A stretch of DNA of 55,829 nucleotides from Paramoeba atlantica (Eukaryota > Protista > Discosea): NCBI GenBank assembly GCA_977017575.1, contig CDRNVI010000101.1, positions 1 through 55,829 of the forward strand, written 5' to 3'. This document shows, piece by piece, positions 44,009-54,320 of this stretch. Each line of letters opens with the position of its first letter. Within the stretch, counting starts at the first letter, position 1. A program made the translations under genes and the position numbers. The notes below the pieces were generated by a model. It worked only from the letters and a program-made list of their open reading frames with translations, ran no database searches and had not been told where the DNA came from.

Positions 44009-44584
44009 GTGTTTTATCATGCACTTATAGTGCAGAGATTTACTCACCATGTCCTTATCCCGCATACGCCGGGTGGATCATGTGAGGTTTCGTCCTCGCC
44101 GGAGGTGTGCGGGTGCGGAGAGCTGGCGTCCCAGGTGCAGAGAGCTCGGTTGTCATGTGCAGGTGCAGAGAGCCGGATGCGTAATCCCCATATTACAGTT
44201 TCGGGGGCAATCCGGGTGCAGAGAGCTGCGACAGAGCCGAGGTGCGGAGAGCTGGGCGACCGCCAGGTGCAGAGAACCGAGTCTCGTCGGCGGAGGACAC
44301 GTCTAGTGGTCCTCAAGGGAGGCCACCGTGACGCATGGCCCTCTCGGAGAGGAAAAAGACAAGTCGAAAAAAGCCGAGAGGGGGAAGCACACTCACTCCA
44401 GGGGAGTGAGTCGGGGAGGGGTGAAGTGGTGAAAGCGCGTCCCCTGCTTCAGCGACAAGAGGGACAGTTCCGACCTTAGTGCCGGCCGGCAACGGGCATG
44501 AAAATACAGTAAGAGTATGCCCGTTGCCGGGGAAAGAAAGGATGAACTAAGGAAAAAGTACCAACAAGGTACAGAAACTGTATC
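44009..44584 (-). mobile_element. 576-bp SL-headed insert, copy B
   Basis: Identical to 37679-38254. Confidence 0.75.
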
Positions 44585-44645
44585 TTTAACACATCAATGT
44601 TGGGAGGTAAATGAGCAAAGTCCAGCTCGCCTGTGAATAAATTGT

Positions 44646-45066
44646 ATTTATTTTTTCATACTTTCCAGTAGAGTAAGTCGGGGGTATGACCCGCATTCAA
44701 CGGGATTGCCCCCTTTTTAGAAGACAATGTCAATACGTTTCCTCCTCCGACCATGTCGCCTCATTTCGGCGAGCCCAGAGTATGTAAGTCCCCCTGAGGG
44801 CCATCTGTGTCATGCTTTCTCGACACTTTGTGGCCAAAATATGGTCGCCGTTAAAGATGGCATTACTATATTTGCATGACCCATTGGGGAATCCCCGGGC
44901 ACCTATTTCAAAGGCTATTATGTAGGTGTCCGGGTTTTCCTGTCGCCGTGTATGTAAAAGGATGTTGTACTTCTCGGATTTTCTCCGATGAGCGTTCTCC
45001 GCATTCTCCTCCCATGGGACTGTGAGTTCGATGAGGAACTCTGTCCCATTGGGTAGAACTCTGTCC
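44646..45066 (-). mobile_element. RLE retrotransposon, severely 5'-truncated copy 3 (~0.4 kb)
   Basis: Only NGTEFLIELTVPWEE...EEETY plus the 3' UTR remain; rearranged 5' junction at 45051-45066. Confidence 0.9.
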
Positions 45067-45475
45067 TGGGGGGTAGATGGGTCAAGTCCAGCTCCCCTGT
45101 AAATAAATTGTTTTGAACCCACAAGTTCAGTAAAAGTTCAGGCAAGGTTGCGAAGTCAACATCGCCACCCAACTGATTCGTCATCACCCGGGCTCGTTGC
45201 ATCGTACGCGGCAAATGCAGCCAACGTAATGACCCTTTCAGCGCACGTGAATACCATCTTACTTCGCTTATACTTTTAGATTCGTCACATTCCACACCGT
45301 TCCACTCGCAGGCAGGCGTATGCGTATCCCACGAGGGGTGCGGGTTCCTAACATCACGGACAAATTTAGCAAGTTCGTATTCCTGCGGCAGAGCAACGCC
45401 CTTTACCTTACCTGGGCGCGCTGCTGGGGGTGTAGCGTCGGCTGCCTCACACAATAGGAGCGAAGAACGTGGCAT
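45067..45475 (-). pseudogene. LRR gene 5' part, reading into the retroelement (chimeric ORF 44918-45475)
   Basis: Near-identical to the first 136 aa of 31293-31904, up to LTHLPP. Confidence 0.85.
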
Positions 45476-45871
45476 AATATTCTCCGGAATGAACTCGGTT
45501 GATTAAAGCTACATGTATGTAGTTCTAGAAATAAAGAATTTGCAATTGTAGTTTTATCAATTGTTTTCCATACATAATAAAGCATATTCCAGGATAGTAT
45601 ACCTTGTAGGTATATTAAATGGGTACGGTATACTAAATGTTGTCTAAAAAGCCAAAAAAACGCGGCGCTTCGTGGCGCATTCCTTATCTGTAGTTGCTAG
45701 AAAAATGGTGGCTTGGCCTTCAAATAAGATTTCTTGGGTTGCGCTTGCTAGAAAAGTTGCTCTGTCGCTTCTAAAAATGGGACGTCTACCGCTTATGTTG
45801 TGTTGAAGGGGGTAGGTTTGCAAAATGGCCTTGGGTAGTAGGTCCCGAAATTATTAATGATCTTTTTGCGA

Positions 45872-45992
45872 TTTTTCTTTTTTAGGCTCTTCGTTAAACG
45901 CGGAGGTAGTTTTCAACGCGAAGCGCGACGCATGAGTGACTTCTAAGTTGAAAACAACTACCGCGTTTAACGAAGAGTCTAAAAAAGAAAAA
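45872..45992. repeat. Short hairpin element, copy 2
   Basis: ~45-bp inverted arms and ~30-nt spacer; matches 3087-3192. Confidence 0.85.
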
Positions 45993-46004
45993 TTGTCATT
46001 AATA

Positions 46005-46622
46005 CTACAAATTCATGTATACTTCACGGCGCTGCTCTCCGTTCGACGTTGTAATCTGTGTGTACTGGAAATCATAACTTAAGTAGGCGCAGTATAAAGC
46101 TACGTCGAAAACCCCATGAAGGTTTCCATTCATTTCTAACGAAAGAACCCGAAGAGTTGAAGGAAGTGAGCTCAAATCTACGGTCCCGCTAAAAAACATT
46201 CGATTACTTAGCAATTGCCTTAACATAGGCGGTAGGCAAAGAAGATTGGGTGTACCAGTGAAATCATTTCCAGCTATCAAAATATGCGTCATGTTCGGAG
46301 GAAACTCTTCAAAAGGAACTTCACCTCGTAAGCCTCACTGCTGTATGTTGAGAAAAACTAAGCTTGCTGGGAGGTATTTCCAAAACTAGTACTCCACGCA
46401 GCTCCCGGAGACGCCAATCAATTTTATCAACTTGTTTCTTCTCATTGCATGCAACGCCGACCCATTCACACGCAGGTGCTTTTTATCTGCGTTTTCAACA
46501 AGTCTCTCTAAATTATATTCGTCTGGTAAAGAAATAGAAATGATTTTTGCTGCACGGCGATTGCTTGCAGATTGAGTGTCTGTCGTACGCAGCGCGCAGG
46601 CAAACGCAACGAAGATGAACAT
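46005..46622 (-). pseudogene. Degenerate LRR gene
   Basis: RAAKIISISLPDEYNLERL at the N-terminus and GNDFTGTPNLLCLPP...GTVDLSSLP in a different frame. Confidence 0.7.
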
Positions 46623-46787
46623 TAAAAGTAGAAAGACAAAAACACACTGAGCTAAAATTATTTTATTCTTTTTTCGAACATAGCTTTATACAACAGTAAA
46701 GTCGGCACCTTAACGCTCAGTAAATGCTGAAGAACTTAAAATGAGTGCATAATAAGGGTTGCGGAGAGTTTTCGCGGGAGATATCTT

Positions 46788-47648
46788 TTAAGAACGAACG
46801 TGCCCAATGTAAGGAGTACGCACTTTGGGATTGCAGCTTCTCTCCCGGATCCTGCGCAACGCTCCTCCATACCACATAATTTGTAGGGCAATGAGCCCAT
46901 TTAATACGCAGCTGAGTGCATGCTGGGTAGCAAGAACCACTTTTCCTTGATCGAGTGCCACACGGACCAGAGTGGTAAGAACACGCACCGCAGACCCCGC
47001 AGACGAAAGAAAGAACGTTGTAAAACTTAACACCCCGGTGGTATGTCGGGAATAATTGACAATGAGCTGTGGAATCCGCGAACACAGCGAGGCGGCGGTT
47101 TGTATAGCGAATAAGAAACAGGAGTAGTGAGTAAAAGGCAAAATACGACCCGGGATCACAACAATCCCGGTCAGAGAGATGAGAAGCGCAGACCAAACAA
47201 GCGCCGGATTCCGGGAGTGATCTGCTACGAAATGTTTTGGCACTGTACTCAAACGCGTACCTTGTAGGAATCGCGGCAATGAAGATATTGATTTCTGAGT
47301 ATTTTTCGTGGTTATGCGTTGCCTTGTACTTTTGGCTGTTGTCTTTTCCGCTACCGATGGGGTTCGATACCAGAAATAGAGATAAAGGATTACTGTGTTT
47401 TGTGTGAGTAAAATAAGTGCCTCACCAAAATCCCAGAAAGATAATTTGTTTAAAAGCGCAGTCTGAGCTACTGCGAGAAGTGACAGAATATCAAGCATCA
47501 CCATGGCCAAGCTGAGATTCTGAACACTTCTTAATTTGATGATTCGAAACAATTGTGGAAATTTCACGGCGGCGGAGCCTAGAACAATAAAAACGCTTAC
47601 ATAATAGGAGACGAGGTCCATCGTTTCTACATTAACGTGCATATTCAT
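46788..47648 (-). CDS. PQ-loop membrane protein, MPDU1/Lec35-like
   Basis: Two PQ motifs (VKFPQL...SVQNLS; SRIPQL...TTGVLSF) with flanking hydrophobic helices. Confidence 0.85.
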   Translation of the reverse strand: MNMHVNVETMDLVSYYVSVFIVLGSAAVKFPQLFRIIKLRSVQNLSLAMVMLDILSLLAVAQTALLNKLSFWDFGEALILLTQNTVILYLYFWYRTPSVAEKTTAKSTRQRITTKNTQKSISSLPRFLQGTRLSTVPKHFVADHSRNPALVWSALLISLTGIVVIPGRILPFTHYSCFLFAIQTAASLCSRIPQLIVNYSRHTTGVLSFTTFFLSSAGSAVRVLTTLVRVALDQGKVVLATQHALSCVLNGLIALQIMWYGGALRRIRERSCNPKVRTPYIGHVRS

Positions 47649-48247
47649 GGATCACCACGTTTTCTAAGGCTAAGTTACGGATCACGCTAATGAAATTAGA
47701 ATTATTACTGAATCATAATACTTTTCTATGATTTTTTCTGTTCCCTCCCTATTATGTAAACGAAGGGTTTGTGCACGAATTCTACTTCTATTTCTCACTT
47801 GAATTTTGTAACTATTTGTACATCGCAGTATTATTAGCTACATCGTAGCTAATAATATTTGGGTTATGCAGAAATCGCTAAATCGCAGAGTACATTCTAC
47901 TAAAAATATGGGGTCCTCTCATTATGGTTTTACATTGAACTGCGAAGATCCATACATCGCGAAAGACAAATTCAATTGGTACGAAGGCGTCCTTTGCACC
48001 TGTTGCATAAAGTTGTATTCCGCCATTCAGTTGTGTTCTGTCCTTTAAACATCCGTCGAGAACTCAACGCCGTGCATCCTGTTTGGGCTATAACATACGA
48101 CACTCCTCGGACAGTTCAACAGAATCCTGCACGTACCTATCTTCTCGAAAACTTCCCAACCCTGTACCAAATACAGTACAAGTCGGGATATCTCTCCATT
48201 CAGCGTTCAATGTCTCTTTTCCGCTGTTCTCTTCCGCCATTTTCTTC

Positions 48248-49663
48248 CTACCCCCAACGATACATCAAACTCCCCCACACAAAATGCCCCACAAACAACA
48301 CCACCCCAAGGGCCACAAACGGGACCATGGCGCCCATCATGAAGAGCACAAAAAGCAGCAACGGAATCAGCACCACCCCGGCCACAAAAACATCAAAACT
48401 CGAGGACACGATACTCCGAAAAGATTGAAATCCCGACACCAGCGCGTCCCGCGGGTCGTTGTACTCTGCGAGATTCGCTGTTCGAGCCCCAAGGGTAAAC
48501 GGGAGTTTCGGTAACGTCCGCAACCAGCGGGAGTAGAAAGGCCGAGAATTAAACGAGCGCAATAAGAAACCTAAATCATGCCCGTAGTAGGAAGGAGGAA
48601 CAGAGTCGTCAATCACCCAATGACCCCTTTGTTTTCCACCTCCACCTTCCTCCCTTTCTCTCCTCTGTGCTAAACCCTCTGAAACCCTTTCCCTCCCCCC
48701 CTCCTCGCTCCCTTCGACCTTCACCCCTTCCCCGTGGTCCTCCCCCTCCCACCCCCCCTCCTTTCCCCCCTTTCGCGCCCCCTCTCGTTTTTCTCCCTTT
48801 TTCTCCCCCTTCCCCCACCTTTTTGGTCTTCTTCCTTGTTCTTCCCCCTCCCCCCCCTCCCCCTCCACCCACTTATAGTAATACCGCCGCCCCCGCCGCA
48901 CCGCCTCCCCCACACAGGCCTCCACCGACACCTGCGGCAGCAGCCGTACCCGGGCCTCCACCCCCTGCCCCCTCGAGAGCCCGTGGACCCTCTCCGCACT
49001 GACCGGCACATCCTCCAGGGTCAGGTGCGTGCAGTTCCCGTTCTTTGAGTACTCAATGTATTCGACAAAGGTCTCCTCAAAGGCGGCAATCAACGCCTCC
49101 CGTATCCCGTGGAGCAGATTTTGATCCACCGGGAAGGAGGGGGCGGAGGGGGGGAGGGGGGGGAAGGCGTCCCCGTGGAGGGAGAGGGAGGGGGAGGGGG
49201 CGTAGCAGTGGCCCGGGGGGTCGGGGAGGATTTGGATTTTGTTCATGCGGGGAGAAGAAGTAGGGTTGGAAAAAAGAGGGGGGGGAAAAAAAGAGGAGCG
49301 ATTTTTGGAAAGGGTATTTTGAGGGTTGGAACGACCAACGGAGATGTTGGAGCGACCCATGCCGTAGAGATCGTGGGGTTCAGATTTTGGGGGTGAAGGG
49401 TTTTGGTTTCGGTTTTGGTTTCTGAGGTTCACTGCGGAGGACCGACGGGGGGAGGGGGTCCATTTTTCGTTTTCCTTGGAGGTTGTCTCGGAAGGGAGAG
49501 GTTTTAAGGTGTAGTAATGGAGATGGGAGCGTCGTTTGGAGCGGGGGGGTTGGGGAGGAGGAGGAGGGGAGGCGTCATAGGGTGTGATTTTTGTGAAGAT
49601 GGGGGGTTGGGGAGAGAGGAGGAGGAGGCTGTAGAGAAATAAGAGGAGAAAGCAGCGGTCCAT
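48248..49663 (-). CDS. Hypothetical membrane protein
   Basis: N-terminal hydrophobic segment, Pro-rich and Glu/Gly-rich tracts, two C-terminal hydrophobic helices; on the cluster strand. Confidence 0.6.
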   Translation of the reverse strand: MDRCFLLLFLYSLLLLSPQPPIFTKITPYDASPPPPPQPPRSKRRSHLHYYTLKPLPSETTSKENEKWTPSPRRSSAVNLRNQNRNQNPSPPKSEPHDLYGMGRSNISVGRSNPQNTLSKNRSSFFPPPLFSNPTSSPRMNKIQILPDPPGHCYAPSPSLSLHGDAFPPLPPSAPSFPVDQNLLHGIREALIAAFEETFVEYIEYSKNGNCTHLTLEDVPVSAERVHGLSRGQGVEARVRLLPQVSVEACVGEAVRRGRRYYYKWVEGEGGEGEEQGRRPKRWGKGEKKGEKREGARKGGKEGGWEGEDHGEGVKVEGSEEGGRERVSEGLAQRREREEGGGGKQRGHWVIDDSVPPSYYGHDLGFLLRSFNSRPFYSRWLRTLPKLPFTLGARTANLAEYNDPRDALVSGFQSFRSIVSSSFDVFVAGVVLIPLLLFVLFMMGAMVPFVALGVVLFVGHFVWGSLMYRWG

Positions 49664-49922
49664 GGTGAGTTTTGAAAATAAGAAGACGGGCTAAAAATAA
49701 TGACATTTTTTGCGAGATCAAGGGGTCTTATTGTATGCAAACGTAATGAAACCTGTTTAGCCATAGTTTAAATACACTGCAATTTTTTACATTGTATTTT
49801 TGTGGTTTACTTCAAGTGTTTGCGCAACTTGTCTGTGTACTATTCATGTTCAAAATATACCAAACTACACTTCCTACATACAATACAAGCCAAAAACAAA
49901 AGAAGGCATAGATCTCCTTCGG

Positions 49923-52900
49923 TCACGGAAAGTGTGGAATCTCTCGTACGATTTTTGCCAATTGCTCAAACTCTTGTGTGCGCAGCACCTCTAGATACGC
50001 CTTTCGAAACTGATCTCCCACGTTCTTTACCTTCTTTGCACTAAAATTCGCATTTCGCCCAGACGCCGCATAACACTCAAACGAACTCACCAAACGACGC
50101 AACACCTCACTGCACAATCGCGAGAACCGACGTTTTAACATTTCAAGCACGTTTTTGCATGTTAATTCTTCACCCTCTTCTTCCTTACCGAATCCACCGT
50201 CTATTCTTTCACACCAGTGCACAATTTTCACTACTTGTTGCAGGGCTTTCTGTTGTACCCAAAAAACGGCCGGGTCCTCATTGGGTCGCGTAAAGCGAGC
50301 GGAAAGAAAAGTAGAGGGTGGGGTGAGTTGATTTTCCCTGGCCTGCTCCTGGGCATTTTGAATCAACTGGTCGCGCTGCTTCCATTCCCGTGCAAGGAGA
50401 TCAAAATGGAGAAGAAAGAAACCAATGTAGGATAAACCGGCGCGTATGGTTTGTACGCTATTCGGGTCGGTTTGGGAGAGCAAGGTGTCGGCTTGTTCCC
50501 AGGCATGGGAGGTTAGTTTTTTCATCGAGGCGTAGAGCTCACGCAGTCGAAGAATGAGATCCGCCTCCGGATGGACTTCGGTTTGGGTAAGATTGAGCTC
50601 AATTTCACGGAAAGTGAGTTGGAGAGTGCGAAGTTGGGTTTCACGGACTCCGGTCGGGTTGTGTAGACTCCGGTAAGCACTTTCAGCTTTGCTGAGTAAG
50701 TCATAGATGTCATCTTCTTTAGGGGATTTAGTGGAAAATGAAGAGTTCTCTTTTTTATTTTCAACTCTCTTATTTTCCTCACCTTTTTCAGCCTTCCCGT
50801 TTTCGGAATCCCGTAATGTTTTGGGAGACTCCCATTGATCGGCTACTAGTCGCATGGTGACCTTTGCCATAAGCTGCATTTCGGGAATCATACGTTTCGG
50901 GCGGGTTTTACGGAATAAAATATCCAATGCTTCAAGATAGTCTTCTTTTTGCGAACAAGAAAGGGCAGGATGGGAAGTCCAAGGGAGAAACAAGAAGTCG
51001 TAAAGAGGTGTTTTCGGTTCTTTTGGTTTTGTACATACCAGATTGGTCTGATCTTCCGATTCGGAATTATTAGGCTCATGCTCTTCGAATCTTTCATTCT
51101 CTGATGAAGAGAAAACGCTTGTCGTTTTCATGTGCGCTCGCTTTACGTATGCCAATGCTCGATTTAAATCCGTAATGGACAAGTTAACGTCATCTGCACT
51201 TTTTAACATGTATTCTCGGGCGGTCTCGAAATGCTTCAAAGCATCATTAAAGTTATCTGTGGCGAAACAGGACTCTCCACGTAAGTTGTAGAGGTCACCT
51301 AATTTTCGACAGATTGTTTTTGTCGTCGAACTCGCAGAGCTTTGCCTCCGCAGAAAAGGGTTGGAAAGAGTAATATCAGTTTGCTCGGTTAAAAGCGGAG
51401 GTTCTGCGAGTGATGAGACTGGAATGAGTTGCATTTCAGAAGGATTGGTTTTCTTCGCTCGTTTGGTACCTCCCATTGCTTCATCCAGTAATGCGAGGTA
51501 GTATTTCAGGGAGTGGGAAAAATGTACGTCCACAGACTCACTCATATTTCGCATGACCAAAGTGTTTGCATCCACAAGAGGTAGAACAATTTCGTTTTCA
51601 TCAGACTTCAACTGCGAACTATTCCCCCAATGGTTGGTGTCGATGTCCGAATTAGTATCTCGTTCCTTTTCAGTAGATACCTCACGCAAAGAATTCAAAG
51701 CTTTGCATTCATTCTGGTTCATAATTTGCAAAACATTTCTACTTTCGTTTTTCACTTCACTAGCAGCCCATTCTTTCATTCGTGTTTGCAAATCTTTAAT
51801 TTTAATTTTCTTCTTAAAACACGCAGTAGCAACATGATGATGCCAATCTCCCAGTATTTCTGCCAACCTTTCTTCTCGGCTGGTAGGAGACAACTCGTTC
51901 AGCCAATTGGGCTTCAAGTTCAACCCGGTTTGTAAATTTTGCAATAATTGCCAAGTATCGAATAATTCGTATTTCTCCAACTGGATGTGAAGCAAAACAT
52001 ATTGAGCCTCCCATAGACGTGTTCGAGAAATACTTTTCGCGTCCAGGCGCAATGCATGCTCCATATGATTCACCAAAAGATCGTGATAGCGTAGATTTTC
52101 CTCATCTTCCGTTTCTTTCGCTTCCGCATTCGGTACGGTTTCTGCTATCTTATCCTCCCTTGTTGCTACATCCATTCCCTTTCCTTTTCCTGCCGATTTT
52201 TTATTTCCGTGTGGTTTCGACTTCAGTTTCACTTCCACAGCAACGGGCGCCGACACGGTTCTCCGCTTCTGCTCCAAAGTACGAATAGCTTTTTCATACA
52301 AATCAATGAGCAAAAGTAGTGCTTGAACGGTCGTCCCGGGTTGACTCTTTTCATCGATCAGGGCGACGCATTTCTCCAGTAGTCCCCGAGCATGGAGATA
52401 TTCTGTAGATCCTTTGCGCGGTTGTGCGAGTGCCATTTCTGCCATACGAAAGTAGAGTGTAGACATAGGAAGGGAAAGTTCGGATGGCGATGTTCCCTTC
52501 ATTGCACTCCCGGTTTCTTTCCCAACATTTCGGTCGGATAACAGTGTTGCAGAATCCTGTTGTCCTTCCATAATTTGTCGTGGAATCTTGTCCTTCGCAT
52601 TTCCTTCCCCTTTTCTTTCTTCGTCACTCTGTGCCGTGTAATACTTTGTAAATCCGCACAAATCATATAATTTTAAGCTCCCACTATTTGGGTCTTTTAG
52701 CACCAAATAACTTGCGCCTTTTCGCGTACAATGCGCTCGAAGCCATTTCAGGACACGTCCAGAAAACTGCTGCAACTCCACGGGCTCAAACGAGGCGGAA
52801 GGAAAAGAATTGGGCAGCTCACTTGTGGGAATAATTTGATACCCCTCGACAATGCCCTCATTGTGGTAACAAAGCGCTACATGACTTACCGCACTGAGTA

Positions 52901-54320
52901 CATTTTCCAACCACAGCTCTAAAAGTTCAAGCTGGGAGAGAGAAGCAACCGTGGAGGATTTGTTGCCTTGTTCAGAACCGGAAGATGAAGACACATTTTG
53001 AAGATGAAGCCTTAAATCGGTACCATGCTCCTCACTATGGACCAAGGGGAGGTTGGAGCCGACCAGCATTTTAAGCTCACCCATACGCCAGCATACGGAG
53101 CGAGCGTAAGTATCGGGGGAAGGTTTGTCGGGAGGCGAATCCAAAGACGGTCTAATTCTTTGGCGTGTGGAAAGTTGTGGAGAACTCGCGTCCGTGTTGC
53201 TTTCATTCGATTGGTTAGATTTGTTTCCCAAATTATTTTCATCTTTTTCTTCCTCTTTTTTCCCTCCGGTTGATTCTGTTGTTGCATCTTTATTTTCCTC
53301 TGCACTTTCCACGCCTGCGAGCACAGAGTAATACAACAATTTTGTTTGTAGTGAACGATAATGCGTTTCCGAGACATTCGCACAGGATTGCATCGGTTGT
53401 GTGCTACTGGACTCAATTACAATTGCCCGTCCGACTTTGTGGACGGCTAGAGCCAATGCTTTTTTGGAAGGCGTCGCGGGAGTACTTAGCAAATCTCGCA
53501 AAGTATCGACAGAGGAAATGACATCAAACTGATCGGCGGCGCTGGTTTCAGAGGAATACGTGTTTGGGTCTTTTTCATGTTCTAAATGGGGATGAGAAAA
53601 TGGGGAAATATTTTCGGAAATGGACTGAGCGCTGGAATTTTCAGTCAATGGTTTCGAAGGCAACTCGAATTTGTTGTCTATTGGCTCAACCGTATGGGAA
53701 AGAGCTAAGGCACTTTCGGGAAAGACGGAAATCGCGTGAGGAGATCGAGATGCTGTTCTGAGGTAAGATGTTTTGGACTTTCTTCCCGAGTACATCCCAG
53801 AGGGCGTCTCGTTGAGATTCGTGCCTGAGAGGTCGGAAAATTTAGGAATCGGTTCAGTAGATAGTGCAGGAGACATTTTCGACATTTGATTTGACGCAGA
53901 AGTGTTTGATTTGAATATTGGCAGCTTCGCATGCGCTTTGGCATCTTTGTGTCGATTGTTGAGATTTTTCTCATCACGCGACATTTTAGATAACTTTTTG
54001 ATCGACAGATTCGCAGTTTCTTCTCCTACACTCTTAGGCTCGTCTTGTTCCTTGTCTTTCAATGTTATGACAGATGATGTGCCTCGGGGAGGGTGGATGC
54101 GCGTAACGTCGAACTCACTTAAAAAGTTTGGAGGGAGAAGAGTGTAGGACGCGGTTAATGGATTCCATGCGCGAGCTGAGGGATCCGAAAACGAAGAATG
54201 GACATGGGGCCTCTCTGACGAAAACTTCGAATTTACTGCCGATGTGTGTTTGTGGGAGAAAACGTCGCCTGTAGACATGGAAAAGTGGTTGTTTTCTACG
54301 CAATAGAATATGAATTCCAA
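49923..54320 (-). CDS. EDRF1-like protein with TPR-like region
   Basis: DVISSVDTLRDLL..P...LAVHKVG, MLVGSNLP and LELWLENVL..V..VALCYHNEGIV..Y resemble the EDRF1 N-terminal domain; helical repeats follow. Confidence 0.75.
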   Translation of the reverse strand: MEFIFYCVENNHFSMSTGDVFSHKHTSAVNSKFSSERPHVHSSFSDPSARAWNPLTASYTLLPPNFLSEFDVTRIHPPRGTSSVITLKDKEQDEPKSVGEETANLSIKKLSKMSRDEKNLNNRHKDAKAHAKLPIFKSNTSASNQMSKMSPALSTEPIPKFSDLSGTNLNETPSGMYSGRKSKTSYLRTASRSPHAISVFPESALALSHTVEPIDNKFELPSKPLTENSSAQSISENISPFSHPHLEHEKDPNTYSSETSAADQFDVISSVDTLRDLLSTPATPSKKALALAVHKVGRAIVIESSSTQPMQSCANVSETHYRSLQTKLLYYSVLAGVESAEENKDATTESTGGKKEEEKDENNLGNKSNQSNESNTDASSPQLSTRQRIRPSLDSPPDKPSPDTYARSVCWRMGELKMLVGSNLPLVHSEEHGTDLRLHLQNVSSSSGSEQGNKSSTVASLSQLELLELWLENVLSAVSHVALCYHNEGIVEGYQIIPTSELPNSFPSASFEPVELQQFSGRVLKWLRAHCTRKGASYLVLKDPNSGSLKLYDLCGFTKYYTAQSDEERKGEGNAKDKIPRQIMEGQQDSATLLSDRNVGKETGSAMKGTSPSELSLPMSTLYFRMAEMALAQPRKGSTEYLHARGLLEKCVALIDEKSQPGTTVQALLLLIDLYEKAIRTLEQKRRTVSAPVAVEVKLKSKPHGNKKSAGKGKGMDVATREDKIAETVPNAEAKETEDEENLRYHDLLVNHMEHALRLDAKSISRTRLWEAQYVLLHIQLEKYELFDTWQLLQNLQTGLNLKPNWLNELSPTSREERLAEILGDWHHHVATACFKKKIKIKDLQTRMKEWAASEVKNESRNVLQIMNQNECKALNSLREVSTEKERDTNSDIDTNHWGNSSQLKSDENEIVLPLVDANTLVMRNMSESVDVHFSHSLKYYLALLDEAMGGTKRAKKTNPSEMQLIPVSSLAEPPLLTEQTDITLSNPFLRRQSSASSTTKTICRKLGDLYNLRGESCFATDNFNDALKHFETAREYMLKSADDVNLSITDLNRALAYVKRAHMKTTSVFSSSENERFEEHEPNNSESEDQTNLVCTKPKEPKTPLYDFLFLPWTSHPALSCSQKEDYLEALDILFRKTRPKRMIPEMQLMAKVTMRLVADQWESPKTLRDSENGKAEKGEENKRVENKKENSSFSTKSPKEDDIYDLLSKAESAYRSLHNPTGVRETQLRTLQLTFREIELNLTQTEVHPEADLILRLRELYASMKKLTSHAWEQADTLLSQTDPNSVQTIRAGLSYIGFFLLHFDLLAREWKQRDQLIQNAQEQARENQLTPPSTFLSARFTRPNEDPAVFWVQQKALQQVVKIVHWCERIDGGFGKEEEGEELTCKNVLEMLKRRFSRLCSEVLRRLVSSFECYAASGRNANFSAKKVKNVGDQFRKAYLEVLRTQEFEQLAKIVREIPHFP

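Larger units (their letters stand above)
43334..45051. repeat. 1.7-kb direct repeat, copy B
   Basis: Offset from copy A is 6293 bp before and 6330 bp after a T6-to-T43 expansion. Confidence 0.95.

Noticed and set aside
37041-45051. LTR retrotransposon reading of the 1.7-kb direct repeats
   Set aside because: The repeats consist of LRR gene pieces, the SL insert and the LINE 3' end; there is no integrase, protease or PBS, and the RT is non-LTR type.
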